This document shows, one piece after another, positions 11,403 through 26,078 of a stretch of DNA of 64,000 nucleotides. Every line of letters begins with the position of its first letter. The stretch's first letter is position 1. The stretch lies in contig NMRA01000265.1 in assembly GCA_002633005.1 (NCBI GenBank), forward strand, positions 178,328 through 242,327, in the 5' to 3' direction. Source of the DNA: Phoronis australis (lineage: Eukaryota > Animalia > Phoronida). A program made the position numbers and the translations under genes. Below the pieces are notes generated by a model that did no database searches, was not told the origin of the DNA, and was given only the letters and a program-made list of their open reading frames with translations.

Positions 11403-14400
11403 TAGTCACAAAAATGTTCAACTCAATGTTAATGAATTATGACACAAAACTGTCAAAACAGTCAGCATAGTCTCTTGCTAATTAAACAATGTATCATAGA
11501 TCCATTAAATCAAATCTGACTGCCACACCTAATTGTCTTGAGTAGTTCCCTAAGTGAGGTTGTAAGCGAACATCATTTTTTACTTGTTTCTGAGTCGACC
11601 AACCAATAACCACAGTTAAACAGTTCAGTAATAGTAATATGAAAAGATTCAGCTCTCTAGATGACCATTAAAACGTTGGGCCTACTGAACTGTGACCCTA
11701 ACCATACATCACCTGCTTCAAATGAATAAACATGCACATCAGCAAATCACAAAATTTTATCAACCTATTAAAAAGAGTACTCTACCTCAAAAGTGCATTT
11801 TTTTTAATCGACTGACAATGACATTGTTGTAGTTAACATACCTTGACTACCTGTTCCCCTTGCCAGGTATCCGATCATTGCTATTTTTAGTTGTTATGTC
11901 AATTGGTCATGTGCACTTCGCCATTGGTGTGACAAACCATGACACGCACAGTTGTTTACAATATATTTTTCATGGTTTTGCTAGCTAGTAGTGTGAGCAC
12001 TCATGGGTCATTTGGAAACCTGTGAAATATTGTTCCACTTTTTCGCAATGCTTCATGTTATCCAGAACAGCCACACAAGACACCATCGTACTTGCAAAAC
12101 ATGCATGACCATATGACGTCAGCATTGGACACGGGCCTGCCATACATTATGTTTGGACATCTGTTGACAACAGCACCACGCGTGGTTGCTAATAGAAGCA
12201 TCGAAAGTATCTTGAAACACACCGTGATCACATCCAAACAACAAAAAACGTTAACTCAGTGTAACAGCAGAGTGCTTCTTTAATGTAGTTCAAATTTCAA
12301 TGTGTTTCTGAGACATTGGCTCCATTTCAATGCTGCTGGCACAAATTTCAGAAAAAAATGCACACACAATTACACACTTCACGCTATCCTTCAGTTCCTG
12401 TATCCTGGAAATCTATTACATCAGTTTATCCCACAACTGCACAGAGCGTTACCTACTGATGTTGCTTGAAGGTTGCACACCTTCCAGTCCTGTGGAGTAC
12501 CAGGTGCACTATTTTCTTAACCAAATTTGAACTCTGGGTTTAATTATTCATATAAAGCTAGCGTCCAATCAAAAATTTTCAGATTAACTATCAGTTTTAA
12601 ATTATTAGAGATGGCATTTAAAATCACCTAAGGCAGATAAAAGTTTGAGTTACAAAATTGGCCATAATCAGAAGAGAAAATCTTACATTGGTGGCAATAT
12701 TCAAATTGCAAAAGTTTGTATCAGCTTACCTGCAATGGCACCAATAAGTGAATTGAACAAATAATTGACCCTTTATTGCAGCACCAGTAACTGTTTTCAC
12801 TCTGGCGTGGTGTGTACTTATTGGGTAACCCCAAGTACTAACACTGCACCCGAGTGGATTTTTCAAGCACTACAAATACGCTATCAAATTCATAATGGTG
12901 AAATCCAAAATTCAAACAAGATTATGATATATTCACTGTGAAATGCAAATAGGTGGCAGAATGATCCGAAGGAGTGGGTGAGAGGATAGAAAAGCTAAGA
13001 AAATTACCCCCTGATAGCTTTGCAGATATACAAATATGATTTTTAGCCTGTTTAATATTTGTGTCCCTCAAGTACTGAGAGCTGAAACTTGCACGGATCT
13101 GACCCCAGCGTTAAAGCAAGGGCATAAGTATAAACGAAATTTTACCTTCTTGTAAAATAAAGCATTTTTGAGTTTAACGATCCAGGAGCAGTACTGTTAC
13201 CCAAATTTGTACCTCCAGGGTTAAATTTTGTTACAATGTTCTTTATTTTGTCACTGAAATGGCATTTTAAAATGTTAATTTTGGAAAAAATACAGTACAG
13301 CAGTCACAAGGCACACGTAAATCATGAGCGTACACAGGTGGATCCAGGGAGGGGGTCGGTCCAGAACCCCCTTTTCCCTTGATTTAAGTGATATCAATTT
13401 TCCTTTTTAAATCGTTTATTTGAATGCCTTATAATTGAGATTGTGTCTTTGCAGCTACATGCCAGCTCACTACAATCTCAAGATTTTTGATAAGGAAACT
13501 GCCTATACTTGTGTACTAGGACGCCAAGAAATTCACAGTAAAACAGTTTATCCTTTGCTCTTTGGATGATAACCAGAGATAATCTTCTAATCATGTCATT
13601 AACTAGGGCTATTAGTTTCTGGGGTTCCATTGTTGTGGACTTCACACCTGAGAAAAGCCAGACAGATCATGGCAATCAGCACTGAGGCAGACGTAAACAA
13701 GTAGTAATATTTGACACAGGGCAGGTGAAAGACCTCAAGGGTGAATTGAAAGGATGACACAAACATATTGTTTAACAATGTACATTAGTCAGATTTATGT
13801 TGTAGGTCAATCACTGGCTGAAAGACTATTACCTGGGTAATCTTCAGGTATTTTGCACATTAAGAACTGCCAAAATCATCACTTTCTTAATTTTTCAACT
13901 TGACGACCTTGCTCTAAAACTGTAATATATAAGTACGGGAAAAAATGAACTATAATTTTCCTTCATGTTTACCAGAAACTCAAAACATTAAAATGCGATT
14001 TTTTTCTGTCATATTGAGTGCATAGTAAAGGAAGATTGTCATGACATATAATCCTTATGAAGTCCTATTACCAGAGCAAGAATTAAGTTAAATATCTAAC
14101 ATTTAGTGGGGACTTTTCATTTTGGTTCTCTAGAGCAATGAGAGCATAAAAGCGATTTCCTCTTCATTCTGGTTGAGATTTGGTGGCCCCCCAGAAATTC
14201 AAGTACTATAGTGGTTCATTAATTTAAAAACAGAGGAACAAATCCCACTGTCAGTCCCTTCCACTGTTTGATTTAAGGCTGGGTTCAATAATTCATTTTA
14301 GCTTTTTGACATCAGCTGGGATTAGGATTTTCCCACTTTATTAGTCGCAGCTTCTGAGTTCACAGCCGCGGATTCTTCTTCACAGTGGGAAATGTATGGG

Positions 14401-17400
14401 ACATCGTGTCCTTCATCTATGAATATTTCGACAGGTTTGCCTTTCTGCATGAGTCATTTAAGTACACCCCACTGCACAGCAATGGAAATTGCCAAGCTTT
14501 GTGAAGGCCAGGAGATCGGTACCTCCCATCCGCGTTACATGGGATCTTTAAGTGGCGCTGAACACCTGTCCACCAAAGACCTGAACGCCATCTGACAAAA
14601 TAGTGAACGTTAATATGGCCTGGCTATGTATTTCAAAGCTCAATTATTCGCAGATCCGAAAAAAATTATGCAGAATCACAACTTCTGGAACTTGCAGTAA
14701 AGTAATTTGCCCGACATTGCAGAGCCGCCTCCAGGCTCCTATTAGAATTAATGATTGACTGGTTCCACGATAATTTTGCCGCCCCTCTTGGCTGGTGTTC
14801 CTATTGCAAGGTTGTTGTATTGTTAATTCCAGAAGTAGTGATATATATTCTTAGCATGTAGTTACTCACTTGGATGAGTGCTAATGTCAATCAACTAATT
14901 AATGAAGTCACATTTTACTGCTGGATCACACTGGCATTTTGTTGAAGACTTGTTCAAATAAAACAGCAGAACTTAAAACACGCGATGTTCATAGAATCAC
15001 AGTTGCCAACATTCCAAAGTGAATAACAGTTTATTTGTATTAAAGGCCAAAGTGCAATAAACAAAAATTAAACACAGGCACATTTGTACAGTCAACCCAT
15101 TTAAGAGTTGTTTTCTTTTAAGCCCAAAATACACATATTTAATAACAGACATCTCTGGATTAGTTAGCACTGGCCTTCTTGAGTTGGGTGCTTCCATTGA
15201 ACTTCTTTCATAAAACGTGACCTAAGTTCATAATATCCCTGGCAAATCAACAGGAAGCAGTATTCATCCTCTACAAGACCATCATTGCAAATCCAACACA
15301 ATCGTATAATATTGTACTTCCTCCTGCCTACCCATTTCCACTTGTAGTCTATGGTTGGAGCAATGTAACCCCAGTAAATGCTTGAACAATACTATAGGGG
15401 TAACAGCTTGAATAAGACTATTATGCAGGAGTAAATCAAGACAGGTTCAAAACAACAGCATTTAAGTTTTGCATTATGCTCAATTACTAATCGCCAATCT
15501 TGCCCACAGCAGTCACCAACTCTTAGAGCAAAGACACTTGAAAACGAGACCTCAAATGTGACACCTTGATTCAACCAAATTTCATAAAAACCCTTATTTT
15601 GATAGAAATTGTCTAACAGAAGATACCCAAGTTAATTTCTCCCATTCCGATCTGTACATAGTGTTCTCATAGTAACTTTTGCAATGACCAAGATCACAAT
15701 TAATATTCTGACTTAAAATTCAGGGATCTTGAAAATTGAATTAAAACAGATTTTATGAATACCCAAACTGAATTAAGTAAGAAACAAATTCTTTTAATTT
15801 AAATGTGTAAAACATGTTCCATCATTTACTGACCACAGCCTACATGGTTCACATACCTTCTGCCAATAACCATCAAGCACTACAGGCCTAGTGCAAAATT
15901 CCAACCCTAGTCTGCTGGCAAATCGTTTTTGCAAATTGACAAATTGCGAGATGAAAAAAAAAACCTCAAATAAATAATCACAGGACCTCCTGGTGAAACA
16001 TCAGAGAGGGATTTAAAACTACATCCACAAGAAATGATGAATGTGCCACACACAGCCTCCTTCAGGTTTTACACCACCATCTGAGATTGCTACAAGATAA
16101 TTTGACTCCAGCTCCACTTCAAGAAGAGGCTCTCACGCAAGAAAATTACGCAATCTACTGACTTTATGATTCTTGATAAAGTCGCCTAATAAAGCCTTTT
16201 CGCTGTCCCCGTGAATATGTGAGCTCAGTGTTTCAACACATTAAAGCTACGAGCAAGAGCCAATTTAAAACACATTTACCACAGGTGTGGCAATGCTTTG
16301 CTAGTAGAGACAACATGTCTCAGGCGATCAGGTGAAACCTTCACGTTTCAACAAATGACAAATTTAGTATTTGTGTGAGAAACACCTTTTCAAGGTATGC
16401 AAAAACATTCAGTAATAGACACCACACCCGATCTTGACAAAATCGTTTTCCCAGGCTGAAAGAAGTGCCTGAAATTTTCAGCACTACGGTGCAAAATGTG
16501 TTGCTAGAGTGACTTACTAGGAGACCAACTTCTGATCTTATAACACCACTTGAAGCATACCTATTTGTGCAAAGTTTCAACAACTATTTGTGCAAAGTTC
16601 CAACACTAAAACCTAGTGCACTGCAGATAAAAGCACATCCAATCCCTGGAAAGAAATGAAAACAAAACTCCAGTCAGCTTAACATTTGACATTTTGCAAC
16701 AGAACTGAGCAATCAACAACTAGCTTAAAATTTCCATTAGAGCCAAAATGAGATTTACCTATCGGTCTTCCCACTCATCAGAAAGGTAAGTTCATCAGTC
16801 AGTCAAAAGCATGCCAGACAACATTTAGTATTTGACTGACAAGCAAAATAATGTATCAATGATAAAACAGGATGAACATGAGTTAATAAGCATCACATGT
16901 TTTTTCAATTACACTGAAGATAAATCTGTTTCTGGACCAATTGCATCTGTATACTCATAATTCTTCAAGTGCAATTACTCCAGGTGTTAAGACTCTGATT
17001 TGAGCACCTTAAAAAGTTAGCAAAGAATGATAGTGGAGATGGATTACCTAATCAAATAGAGTTATTGCAACAATTACTACAAGGTGCAAATGTGTCTACA
17101 ATTTAGCTCCGTAACCATGCCAATGTCATGTACTCATCTCCATATGCAAGGACCACATTAAGTATTACAATACCTCCCTGACAATCCGAGTCTGAAGAAT
17201 GGTCCAACCATACCATAACACCTATGGCTACTTAGGCCCATGCACCTACATGTCCAAGAAAATGGATTTTTTAAAAACGAAGATTTAGCTTCAGTGTTTT
17301 GAGTTCACGGATATGTACCTGTGCATCACTGATAACAGTAGGTAACTACCTTTCTCATATTCATAAATTATGTGTTTTTCTTAAGACTTCTTCAAAGTTT

Positions 17401-19504
17401 TCATTTCAAAATTTTAAGCTGAATTTCAGTTCTTGAGCTGGCAAAAAAGCGAAAATTTAATCAGGCCTTTTACTTTCATAAAATTGGTATCATAGTTATG
17501 AAAGGGTTCCATTTCTGTTACTCAAGTAAAAAGCTTCACTTATATGTCCCATTTTTGGCCAATTCCCAATAAATTACGAAATATTTTAATGAGTCACTGA
17601 AGCTTTCAATCATGTTCTTGTTAGTAACGAAATAGATTTCTCAATCGTGGTTAGGAATAGTAGGAGACCAATTTTAAGAGAATAAAAGTCCGAACTAGAG
17701 TTTTGTTTTTAGTCAGAAAAATAAGGGAAAATGCAGCTTCATTTGCGAATGCAGGGGTCTACGTCACATGTAATGGATGTCATAGGTGGATTAAAGAAAT
17801 TTAATGCTTCTTGGTTTTTAACGAATTTATTACTTATTTATCTTCAAAAACTGTAACCATGTCATTTAGTCTGAAATGTGTATCTTAAAAAAAGTGTTTT
17901 GCATACCTGCACGTGTGCCTAGTTACGGATATACGCATCCTCACTTATACAGTCAGCGTACAGGAATCATTATGCTACACAGCAACAAAGAAACAGATGA
18001 TAGTTCAAAGTGCCCACTTTAATTAATTGATAAACATACCCTATTGGCCACGCTGTATCCAACAAAAGGTTGCCAGACAGACTAAATTGGTTACAAAAAT
18101 ATGCCAAACTTTTGATACCTTTCAACTATAGTCCTCATTAGTTTAGATATCAATGTACCCAAAAATAAGCCAGGAAAATGGCACAGGATGTGTTCAGCAA
18201 AGAAAACCTAAGGTAAGGTATGTGGTAAATGTTCAAGAAAATACACCCAGAGGGGGTCACACTTAGTCTGCGAAGACCAGAACAGGGATGTAAAAGCCCC
18301 TAGGTAGATATCTTTAAGACCCATCCCTCCCAAAAACTGGCTGAGGAACCTTGACCAGGGTATGTTCAAGGATATACAGACTTTGAATTAGTTGTCTGAA
18401 TCCGATTTTTTCATCAACCACTACTTCAATTTGTTTACATCAGAATGCACCTGAAGCATCAAGTAGACCTAGGCTGTTTACAGTAGGTCATATAACCAGA
18501 AAAGCACTGACTTTTGACTTTTTACCATTATCAAAATGTGAACACTGGAGATGAGCGGTGGGGGAATAGTCCGCAGCCAGACAGATTAGAAATACATGTA
18601 GAAAATGATAAGTATGACAGTGCAAAACACATTACATAGCTTGGGTGGCTGGGAACAAAGCTTATGACATGAAAACAAGTTAGACAATTTTGGGAGGGTC
18701 AAGTAATTATGTTTTGTCATTTGATTTTTAGTAATTGGTGAATGGAAAATTCAGTCCTCAAGAGTTCATCAATCATGTTTGCTCAGTGGGGATGGGCTTA
18801 GGTCACTGAGTTTCCATTTTTATGAGGTTTCCAAATTACAGCACTTTGAATTCAAAGTTTTTAAAATTTACTCTCCCACAAAACGTAGATTCACAGCATT
18901 TCTTTGAAAATTGTAGCGAAACTTTACACTAGTAATGCACGAGATTACACAACTCACAAAATGATGGTTGTCAATCTGCACCTTTTCACTGAAATTTTCT
19001 ACGAGTTTAGTCACTTTTTCATGAGCTTACAATTTCTATTCTTCAGGTTTTCCAAGCCAACTGCAGCCTTCTGGCATTACCACATGGCCTTTTACCAGAT
19101 TCATCAAAGAGGGGTTTAATTGCTGATGCTAAATTCTAAACCAAAGAACACAATACCACACTTTTCTGGTCTTGAATTGTTAACAAACAAGCTGGCAACT
19201 CAGTTACAGGCAATGAATTCATTCACCACTTTCAATTCGCAATTTTAGGGTTGACTGACCCAATAAAAGTGGAGTGCTGATGGTTTCAAAGTTGGCAACA
19301 GAAATCAAGTCTTATTATAGAAAGGAATGTTAGATCGATTTTTTTTGCGAATGCAGTTTTAAAACTGCTCAAATAAATGTAGTAACTTGATATCAATGCA
19401 ATTTGAGACCTGTGTTTTTTTTCTTAAAAAATTGGGGCATGTCTTTAAGTTAGAAACAAGTGAACATGTAATTAGATATCAATTCTTTTATGTCTGTAGA
19501 ACTG

Positions 19505-19752
19505 GGGCCCCATTCCAAGAAAATTGATTTAGCTAAGAAAAATCTTAAACTTAAGCCAATTTTAAGATAAAAATTTAATTTGTCTTAGGTCCATTCCAAG
19601 AAAATGATCTTCAGTTTGATTTTAAGTTTTGACTTAAAATTTGTCATAAATTTGACACAACTTCCCATATGTAGAAGTTCCCAAGTTTCTTGGAGGTTGA
19701 GACAATCAGTACTTAGTAAAAATGAACTCAGTTGGTTTCTTGGAATGGGCCC
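19505..19752. mobile_element. Harbinger-derived MITE (about 248-bp family), copy 1
   Basis: TIRs gggcccattccaagaaa / tttcttggaatgggccc; internal cttaag-rich repeats and a second TIR-like copy near 19588; flanks ctg/atg. Confidence 0.9.
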
Positions 19753-20479
19753 ATGGCCTTCAAAAATACAAATGCAACATTTTCCCCGACAAAATTCAGT
19801 ACCAGAAAGAATTTTGCCAAAATAGTTTTAGCCACTTCCTAAACTACATCAATTGAGACTTTCAAAGAAAATAAACAGTGCACATCACGGCAGTGCCAAA
19901 AAGTTTGTGTTTTCCACATAAAACAAATAGAACACCAACATTCAAACAGCCTACTCAACAAAAACATTTTCTTTCACATTACTGAAATACTTGGCTCTAA
20001 ATCTATTGCATAATAGAAAATGTGACCGAGAGGTCAGACACTAATTTTTTCTTTTTAGTTTTTTATTACATAACTGTTTTACAGCCATTATTAGCCATGA
20101 ATCATAAACAATGGTTGAATTTCTAGCATACTTGACCAGCAGCAAATTGGGAGTGGATCAGATTTCTAACAGCAGTACAGCTGAAACTATTTGTGATAGA
20201 ACACATATCTTGCAATATGACTTACCGGTAGATTCTGCTCCAATACCCTATTGTCACCTCAGCGGTTGTATTATTAAAACCCATATTTCACAAAAAATTA
20301 CATCAAAAACATCAGAACTATCTATGGAAAAACCCAGACATGGTTTTTGAGCACTTTTATCAAAGTTTCATACAAAAATTGGTGAATGCTGGTGAAAGGA
20401 CTTTTCCCTATCAATGTACCTTTCAAAAACGGCATTTGCCAAAAATACATGGTTACATGACCACGAGCATGGTAAAGTG

Positions 20480-21320
20480 GTGAAAGATATGATTAGACTT
20501 GTCTCAATTCCTTAAAAGTTTCAGAAAATATATCACTTTAAACGCTTTCATTTAGTGGTACAAGTGACCTTAAAGATAAACTCACGGTCTGAACACTTTA
20601 AAACCACTTTCAGAAGTTATAAATGTAGCCTGGTCAATAACCGTATGGGAGGGAGGTTTAGTGAGGTTGCAACTTGTACACATTAGGCAAATCTTAGCTA
20701 ACAGGATTTGCACACAAGTTGAAGAAAAAGTGTATCCAGCCAAGTCCTTGGCACATCAAAGTGTTGATGGTCCTCACAGATTGATTGATGCAAGTCTGAG
20801 TCACAATTCATGGCTTGGTTGAACATGCTGGATGGGATAATTGTGGTCATAAAACGCCTGTTTAGGACAGGAGTTTTAAAGTAAAAAAATCTGACAAGCA
20901 AGGCGAACGACCAATATGACTGTTTTTAAAATTGAAAAGTAAGAAGTATTCGTCTAAATTTTTATGATCAATGCATTATAAGAGAAATTAGAGAATAGAT
21001 GTTCTTCAGCATCGTGGCTAAGCCACGTGCATTAATTTGTGAATCAATTAGGACAGTTTAGTCACAGTCTGGCTTAGGCTCACTTAGGCATTGCGGCAAC
21101 AAAACCCCAAATGTTATAGTAGAAGTTGTCTCATGATTAGATTTGTCTCCATTCCTAGTTTCAGAAAATACATGCTTTAAAGTATGAGCAGCAGCTAGTT
21201 ACTTAGATATTTCAAGAGAAGACAACATTTTAATTAGAGGTACAAGTACCATTATACATTAGCTCTAAATGATCTGAACACTTTAAAACCACTTTCAAGA
21301 GTTTTAACTGTAGACGATAA
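20480..21320. repeat. Local diverged direct repeat (about 20480-20630 vs 21130-21320) flanking a dispersed element
   Basis: tgattaga.ttgtctc.attcct...gtttcagaaaata...ggtacaagt...tctgaacactttaaaaccactttca occurs twice. Confidence 0.7.
20683..21110 (+). mobile_element. Dispersed non-autonomous element, about 430 bp; other copies at 39428-39872 and (partial) about 44143-44360
   Basis: Shared blocks ttaggcaaatctta..aaca.gatttgc, gtatccagccaagtcc, tgactgtttttaaaattgaa and cagtctggcttaggctcacttaggcattg..aaccccaaa. Confidence 0.85.
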
Positions 21321-24300
21321 GCAACTCTTTGCAAGGATGGTTTAGAAAAATTACAACTGATAACTCGTAACAGTAACTCGTGTGAGTACAGCAGATGCAA
21401 AGTTATAACTCAGTAAGGCGTCACTGTTGTTGAATCTCCATGGAAATGGTGCACCCAGGCACTTAAATTGGGGTGAATCCAAAACTGAGCACTGGCATAT
21501 AACTCATACCAAAGCTAGGGTTACAAGAGTTTTAACAGCTGGTGTGAACATAATGGTTACATAACAGTTACAACTATAGAAAGAGTAACAAGCAGATTCA
21601 GTTGGTACGAATTTAGCTTTTAAAAATTGCAGAGGGTGAACAATTAGCATGCAGTAAAAAAATCTATATTAGATACACAGAAAAAACATGCTGTACTGCC
21701 CAGAAGCAAAATGTGGAAAATGGTTTTAAACATATTATAGACCAAAAGCTACTATTCAATATTTTCACCTGAAAATAAACCCACTATATGTATTCTTAGA
21801 TGTATTTCTGTATGTACTGTACTTGTCTGGGACAATGCCCATGTTCAACTTTGAGGTCCATCCCAAGAATTTCCCAAAATTCCACATTTAAACATCTACT
21901 TTCAGCTTAGCACCCACCCCCAATTTGTGCAGTGCACTCTCCCTTAACTGAGAGCCAGTGTGTCTTCCTCAGCTGCAAGTCTCACCACAGTGATTTTTAA
22001 TGAAGCTCCAGATACAGGAGAGTCAGTCAATTTCAGTGTCACTTTGTCATGTTTGGACAGGAAAATAACCACTCTTAGTGAAGGACACGTGAACTATGGA
22101 TGTGAAATGGTTCTTTTGGCTCTTCTAATATTACTAACTTATGTCCAAAAATGGTGAAGTCACTTGTATGAGTGAATCAACTGTTCAGATAAAAGGCCAT
22201 CCCAACTTCTCAAAAATTTTAAACTCCCATGCTCGGGTCAAACATCCACCCCCTTTTTGAAATTTACCAATTCCAAGTGCACCGTTCATCGATCATGCGG
22301 CGCAGCACTGAAAAAATGGGGGGCTTTATAGCCCTCCCAGCCCGCTATGGTACGCAGCCATGCTGCTGGGTGATAACCCCAGTAATACTAAACCTTGGTA
22401 AGTTAAAAAATCCACAGCAAACCAACAAAACAATTCTATAACATCCCTGGTGTTCTCTCCCAGCAGGGCAAGATTTGCTCCATTGCTTGAGTAGTCTGGG
22501 GTACTCCAACACTATCAGCAGGTGTCACCCACTACTCATATGTCTGTGGACATACCGATATCACTTGCAACAATGTCTTACATAAAGACAAATCCCTCTG
22601 GGGCCCTTCCCCCTGCCCCTAATTTGTAAACCACACCTGTGGATTATTTCAATATGTCCTCTAGACCAGGATAATGCACCAAAGATAATTAAAATGTGAA
22701 AACGGCACACATTTTCAAACGAAAATGATAAGCTGTGTTTGCATCAAACAGACATGATCTAACCAGACTCGTTATAAGAGACAAATTGCATGCAATAACC
22801 AGGTGCATCTTCACCTGCAGACAAGGAAGAGATATCAATAACAATGAACTGAGACAAAGCCCGATAACTAAGTCGGTACCTTTAAGTACTTGCTGTTTGC
22901 TGAAGAAAGTCTTTGGCAGTTTTGTGATGATCTAGTTGTGGCGACACTGTCGTTTACAACTCCCATAGATAAAAAGGTAGATACTGTTGCAGCTTTATGA
23001 CCTGGCCATAGATTATCACCTGGTGAAATGATACCTTGAACAAACTGATCTAGTACAAGGCTTATGCAATCTACAATCATCTTCATCACACCTTGTGAAG
23101 AGATACCGTAGGATAGTTCTTCTCTTATTTAGCACACACTATGGTGGACAAGTGAAATTTTTTTTTGTCAAGTTTTTCCACAAAAGCATGGAGAAATATT
23201 TAGTTTGCACTTTGTCGATGTCATAAAGCAATGTTTAGTAAAGGTCTCCTCATCTGTGGCAAAATAATCTGACTCTGAAAACTGGAAAAATGTTAATTTT
23301 AGCAATTATTTTTACGAGTAATACGTGAAAATTTACCGTACATCTAAACACATTTGTTGTGCAGAAAAGTTACGAAAAGTGTCCAATACACTTGCAATGA
23401 TGACTTTTGTGGATCACTGCAAAACTTATACCATTTTGTTCCATCTTGTCTAATATGACAGCGAATAAATTAAATGTCTGAAGCATATGTGACCGTGACC
23501 AGATCAAGAACAAAGGGGCATAGACCTTGCACTGTTTATTTACCAAAAAGGATTACATTATGTGCAGTGAAACAACAAAACACCCGAATTAATGGCAAAT
23601 TGCTATAAAGTCAAAAACATCAGTTTCTAAAGGGTTTCAACTTTGAGAATGTAATATACTTTTACTAAGTTACAATTTGTCATTTTGAATATATTTGGCT
23701 GAATACACAGGTCCTACGCAATCTTACCGTTACACTGTCAAATGCTGGAAAAAAATGCATTTCTTACTTATGATGGGTCTCGTGACCATTTGTCATTTTA
23801 CTAAAATTTAGCAAAAAGGAAAGCTGCGGTACATCCATACAACAAATGTTTCAAGAACTTATGGATAGATTTCATTTGATTTAAGTGCTGAAGATACAAA
23901 ATGTGTTACAGTTTTCTAAATAACCACTTTATTTTCGTTTTAGGAAAATTTTGATTTTCAAATAAAAAACATAAAAATCCCATTTTTGATAACCCTTCAT
24001 GCAAAATGGAACACTTTGAAAAAAACAATACTTCAGGAGAACAGCGCATGGTATCTGAAAGTTTCATACCACTCTGATCATCCACCTCTAAAATAAAATG
24101 TTCCAATGTGGAAAGAATGCTACAATGACATCCTCCTCTGAGTGGGGATAATGAGCAACTCCACCACAAACTTTCCACAAGAAGTTTTCATTAAAAAAAG
24201 GTTTCCTTAAAATTGGCAGAGGAATTATTTGGCTATGTTGTGCCTTTCTTAAAAAATAATTTTTGATTTAAAAAAGGTGTTAACGTAATAGTAATAATAA

Positions 24301-25067
24301 CGGCATATGAATATAAACATATTTTTATAATTCCTAATCTTTTTTCTTTTAGAAAATATAATTATACTTTTGCTAGTTGACATAGCCTGTTTTTTGATAT
24401 AGCAGTTGGAATGGACGCCACTAAATAAGGTTTGGGATGACCTTAAGTGATACGAATTTAAAAAGTATAACATTAAACCCCCATGGTCCATCCTCTTTCT
24501 AGTTCGGATCCTTAAAACATGACCAAAAGATCAGAAGTCCCCTAAGAATTCTCATTCACCACAATCACCAGCATCAAGACAACTATCCATAAGTGAACAC
24601 ACACTTTTACGTCTTTGAACAAGGTGCCACCTGGTGTTAAACAATGGGACTAGTTTATCACATTAAGTGCTTTGAAGATCCCAATAAAATCATATATAAT
24701 TCAAATGCCGAGTTGCAAGGTTTACTGTACGTTGTGTTTAGATTAGAAGCCTGTCAGAGTGGAATTTGAGTGAAACTCTTCTAGCATGCAATACTTACAA
24801 GACATTGTATGTTTAAGGTTATTGAACAAAAGCGGAGTACACAAACTTCAATTAAAGGCCTAAACCTATCAACAGAAATCAAACTAAGATTATGTTCATG
24901 ATTCACTTTGTGCCACACTTTCCACTATGTTGTCTCATACGTTCTTTGCAAATTAAAATGAACAAACAACAAATTGAGGGACAAAACAGTCAATTACATC
25001 AGTTTTTGGCAATAGTAGGATAAAAAACGGATGATTGTCACACAAATAAAAAAGTTAATATTGATTC

Positions 25068-25101
25068 AACGTTTCGTCTATTCATTAGACATCATCAGGT
25101 T
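25068..25101 (-). ncRNA. Minimal type-I hammerhead ribozyme-like motif
   Basis: Minus strand reads acCTGATGAtGTCTAatgaaTAGACGAAACgtt: conserved core boxes around a perfect 5-bp stem II. Stems I and III not convincingly resolved. Confidence 0.55.
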
Positions 25102-25131
25102 ATAAAACAATAAGACATCAAGTGTTGACAT

Positions 25132-25465
25132 TGTTTGCTGAGTGGTTAAAACAAACATATGAAAATTTTCATGTGGACAAGATAGCAGTTTTTTGTTTTT
25201 TTTTTGGGAAACATTCAGTCGGAGAATTGCAACATTAATCTGTTGATCATGCTAGCAAAAAATTACACATTTAGCCAAAAGTTTGTTAAAAAACCCTAAA
25301 TTTCCAATTGTTCATTAACTTTATTAAATTACATCCTGAAGGAAATACGGTACTTGTTGACTTATAATTTATAATGTTATTCTTTGTAAACAATGTATAC
25401 TGTATTGTTTTATGTGACATGTAATTATCATGCTAGAGCAAAATAAAAATATGAAAAAAAATTTC
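25132..25465 (+). mobile_element. Retroposed (LINE 3'-end-like) insert in the left arm of the inverted repeat
   Basis: Absent from the right arm; flanked by a GACAT duplication (25127-25131 and 25466-25470); ends with aataaaaatatgaaaaaaaa. Confidence 0.6.
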
Positions 25466-26043
25466 GACATACCAGTCAGGTTACATCCATGTAGTGAAAT
25501 GAGTGTATCAAGAAATACAGGGCGGAACTTAGTAAGTAGGTCATCACCATAGATGTAGGGTCACAGAGCTCTGCATGTTCAGAGAACCAGCAGCACATGC
25601 TGGTCCTGAATGGCCAATGACTCTTTAATGTACAGTAATTCCTTTATAGGTTCTTTACAGATAATACTGACTGAATTGGCTTGATGGTTGTTGCTAACAC
25701 AAAGCCTATAGCCCTAATTGCTTTTGTCAGAGGTGTGATGTTCTCTCAGTCTGTCATAGAGGCATCTCTGTGTGAGTTGATGTGCTTGTGTTAGCAACAA
25801 TCACCAAGCCAGTTCAGTCTGTATTGTCTGTAAAGAACCTATAAAGGAATTACTGTACCTTAAAGAGTCATTGGCCATTCAGGACCAGCATGCTGCTGGT
25901 TCTCTGAATAACATGCAGAGCACAGTGACCCTAAAGGTATGGTGATGACTTATTTATTATCCCTTGTATTTCTTGCTACACTCATTTCACTACATGGATG
26001 TAACCTGACTGTTATGTCAACACTTGATGTCTTATTGTTTAAC

Positions 26044-26078
26044 AACCTGATGATGTCTTATGAATAGACGAAACGCTT
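26044..26078 (+). ncRNA. Minimal hammerhead ribozyme-like motif, second copy
   Basis: acCTGATGAtGTCTtatgaatAGACGAAACgct, followed by AATAAA at 26083. Confidence 0.5.

Noticed and set aside
14330-14592. Possible minus-strand exon (acceptor ttttgtcag; MQKGKPVEIFIDEG...)
   Set aside because: Stops in all frames from the acceptor, no strong donor and no recognisable domain.
17232-17921. Possible Kolobok-like MITE (ttaggc...gcctag)
   Set aside because: The terminal match is too short and no TSD or second copy is visible.
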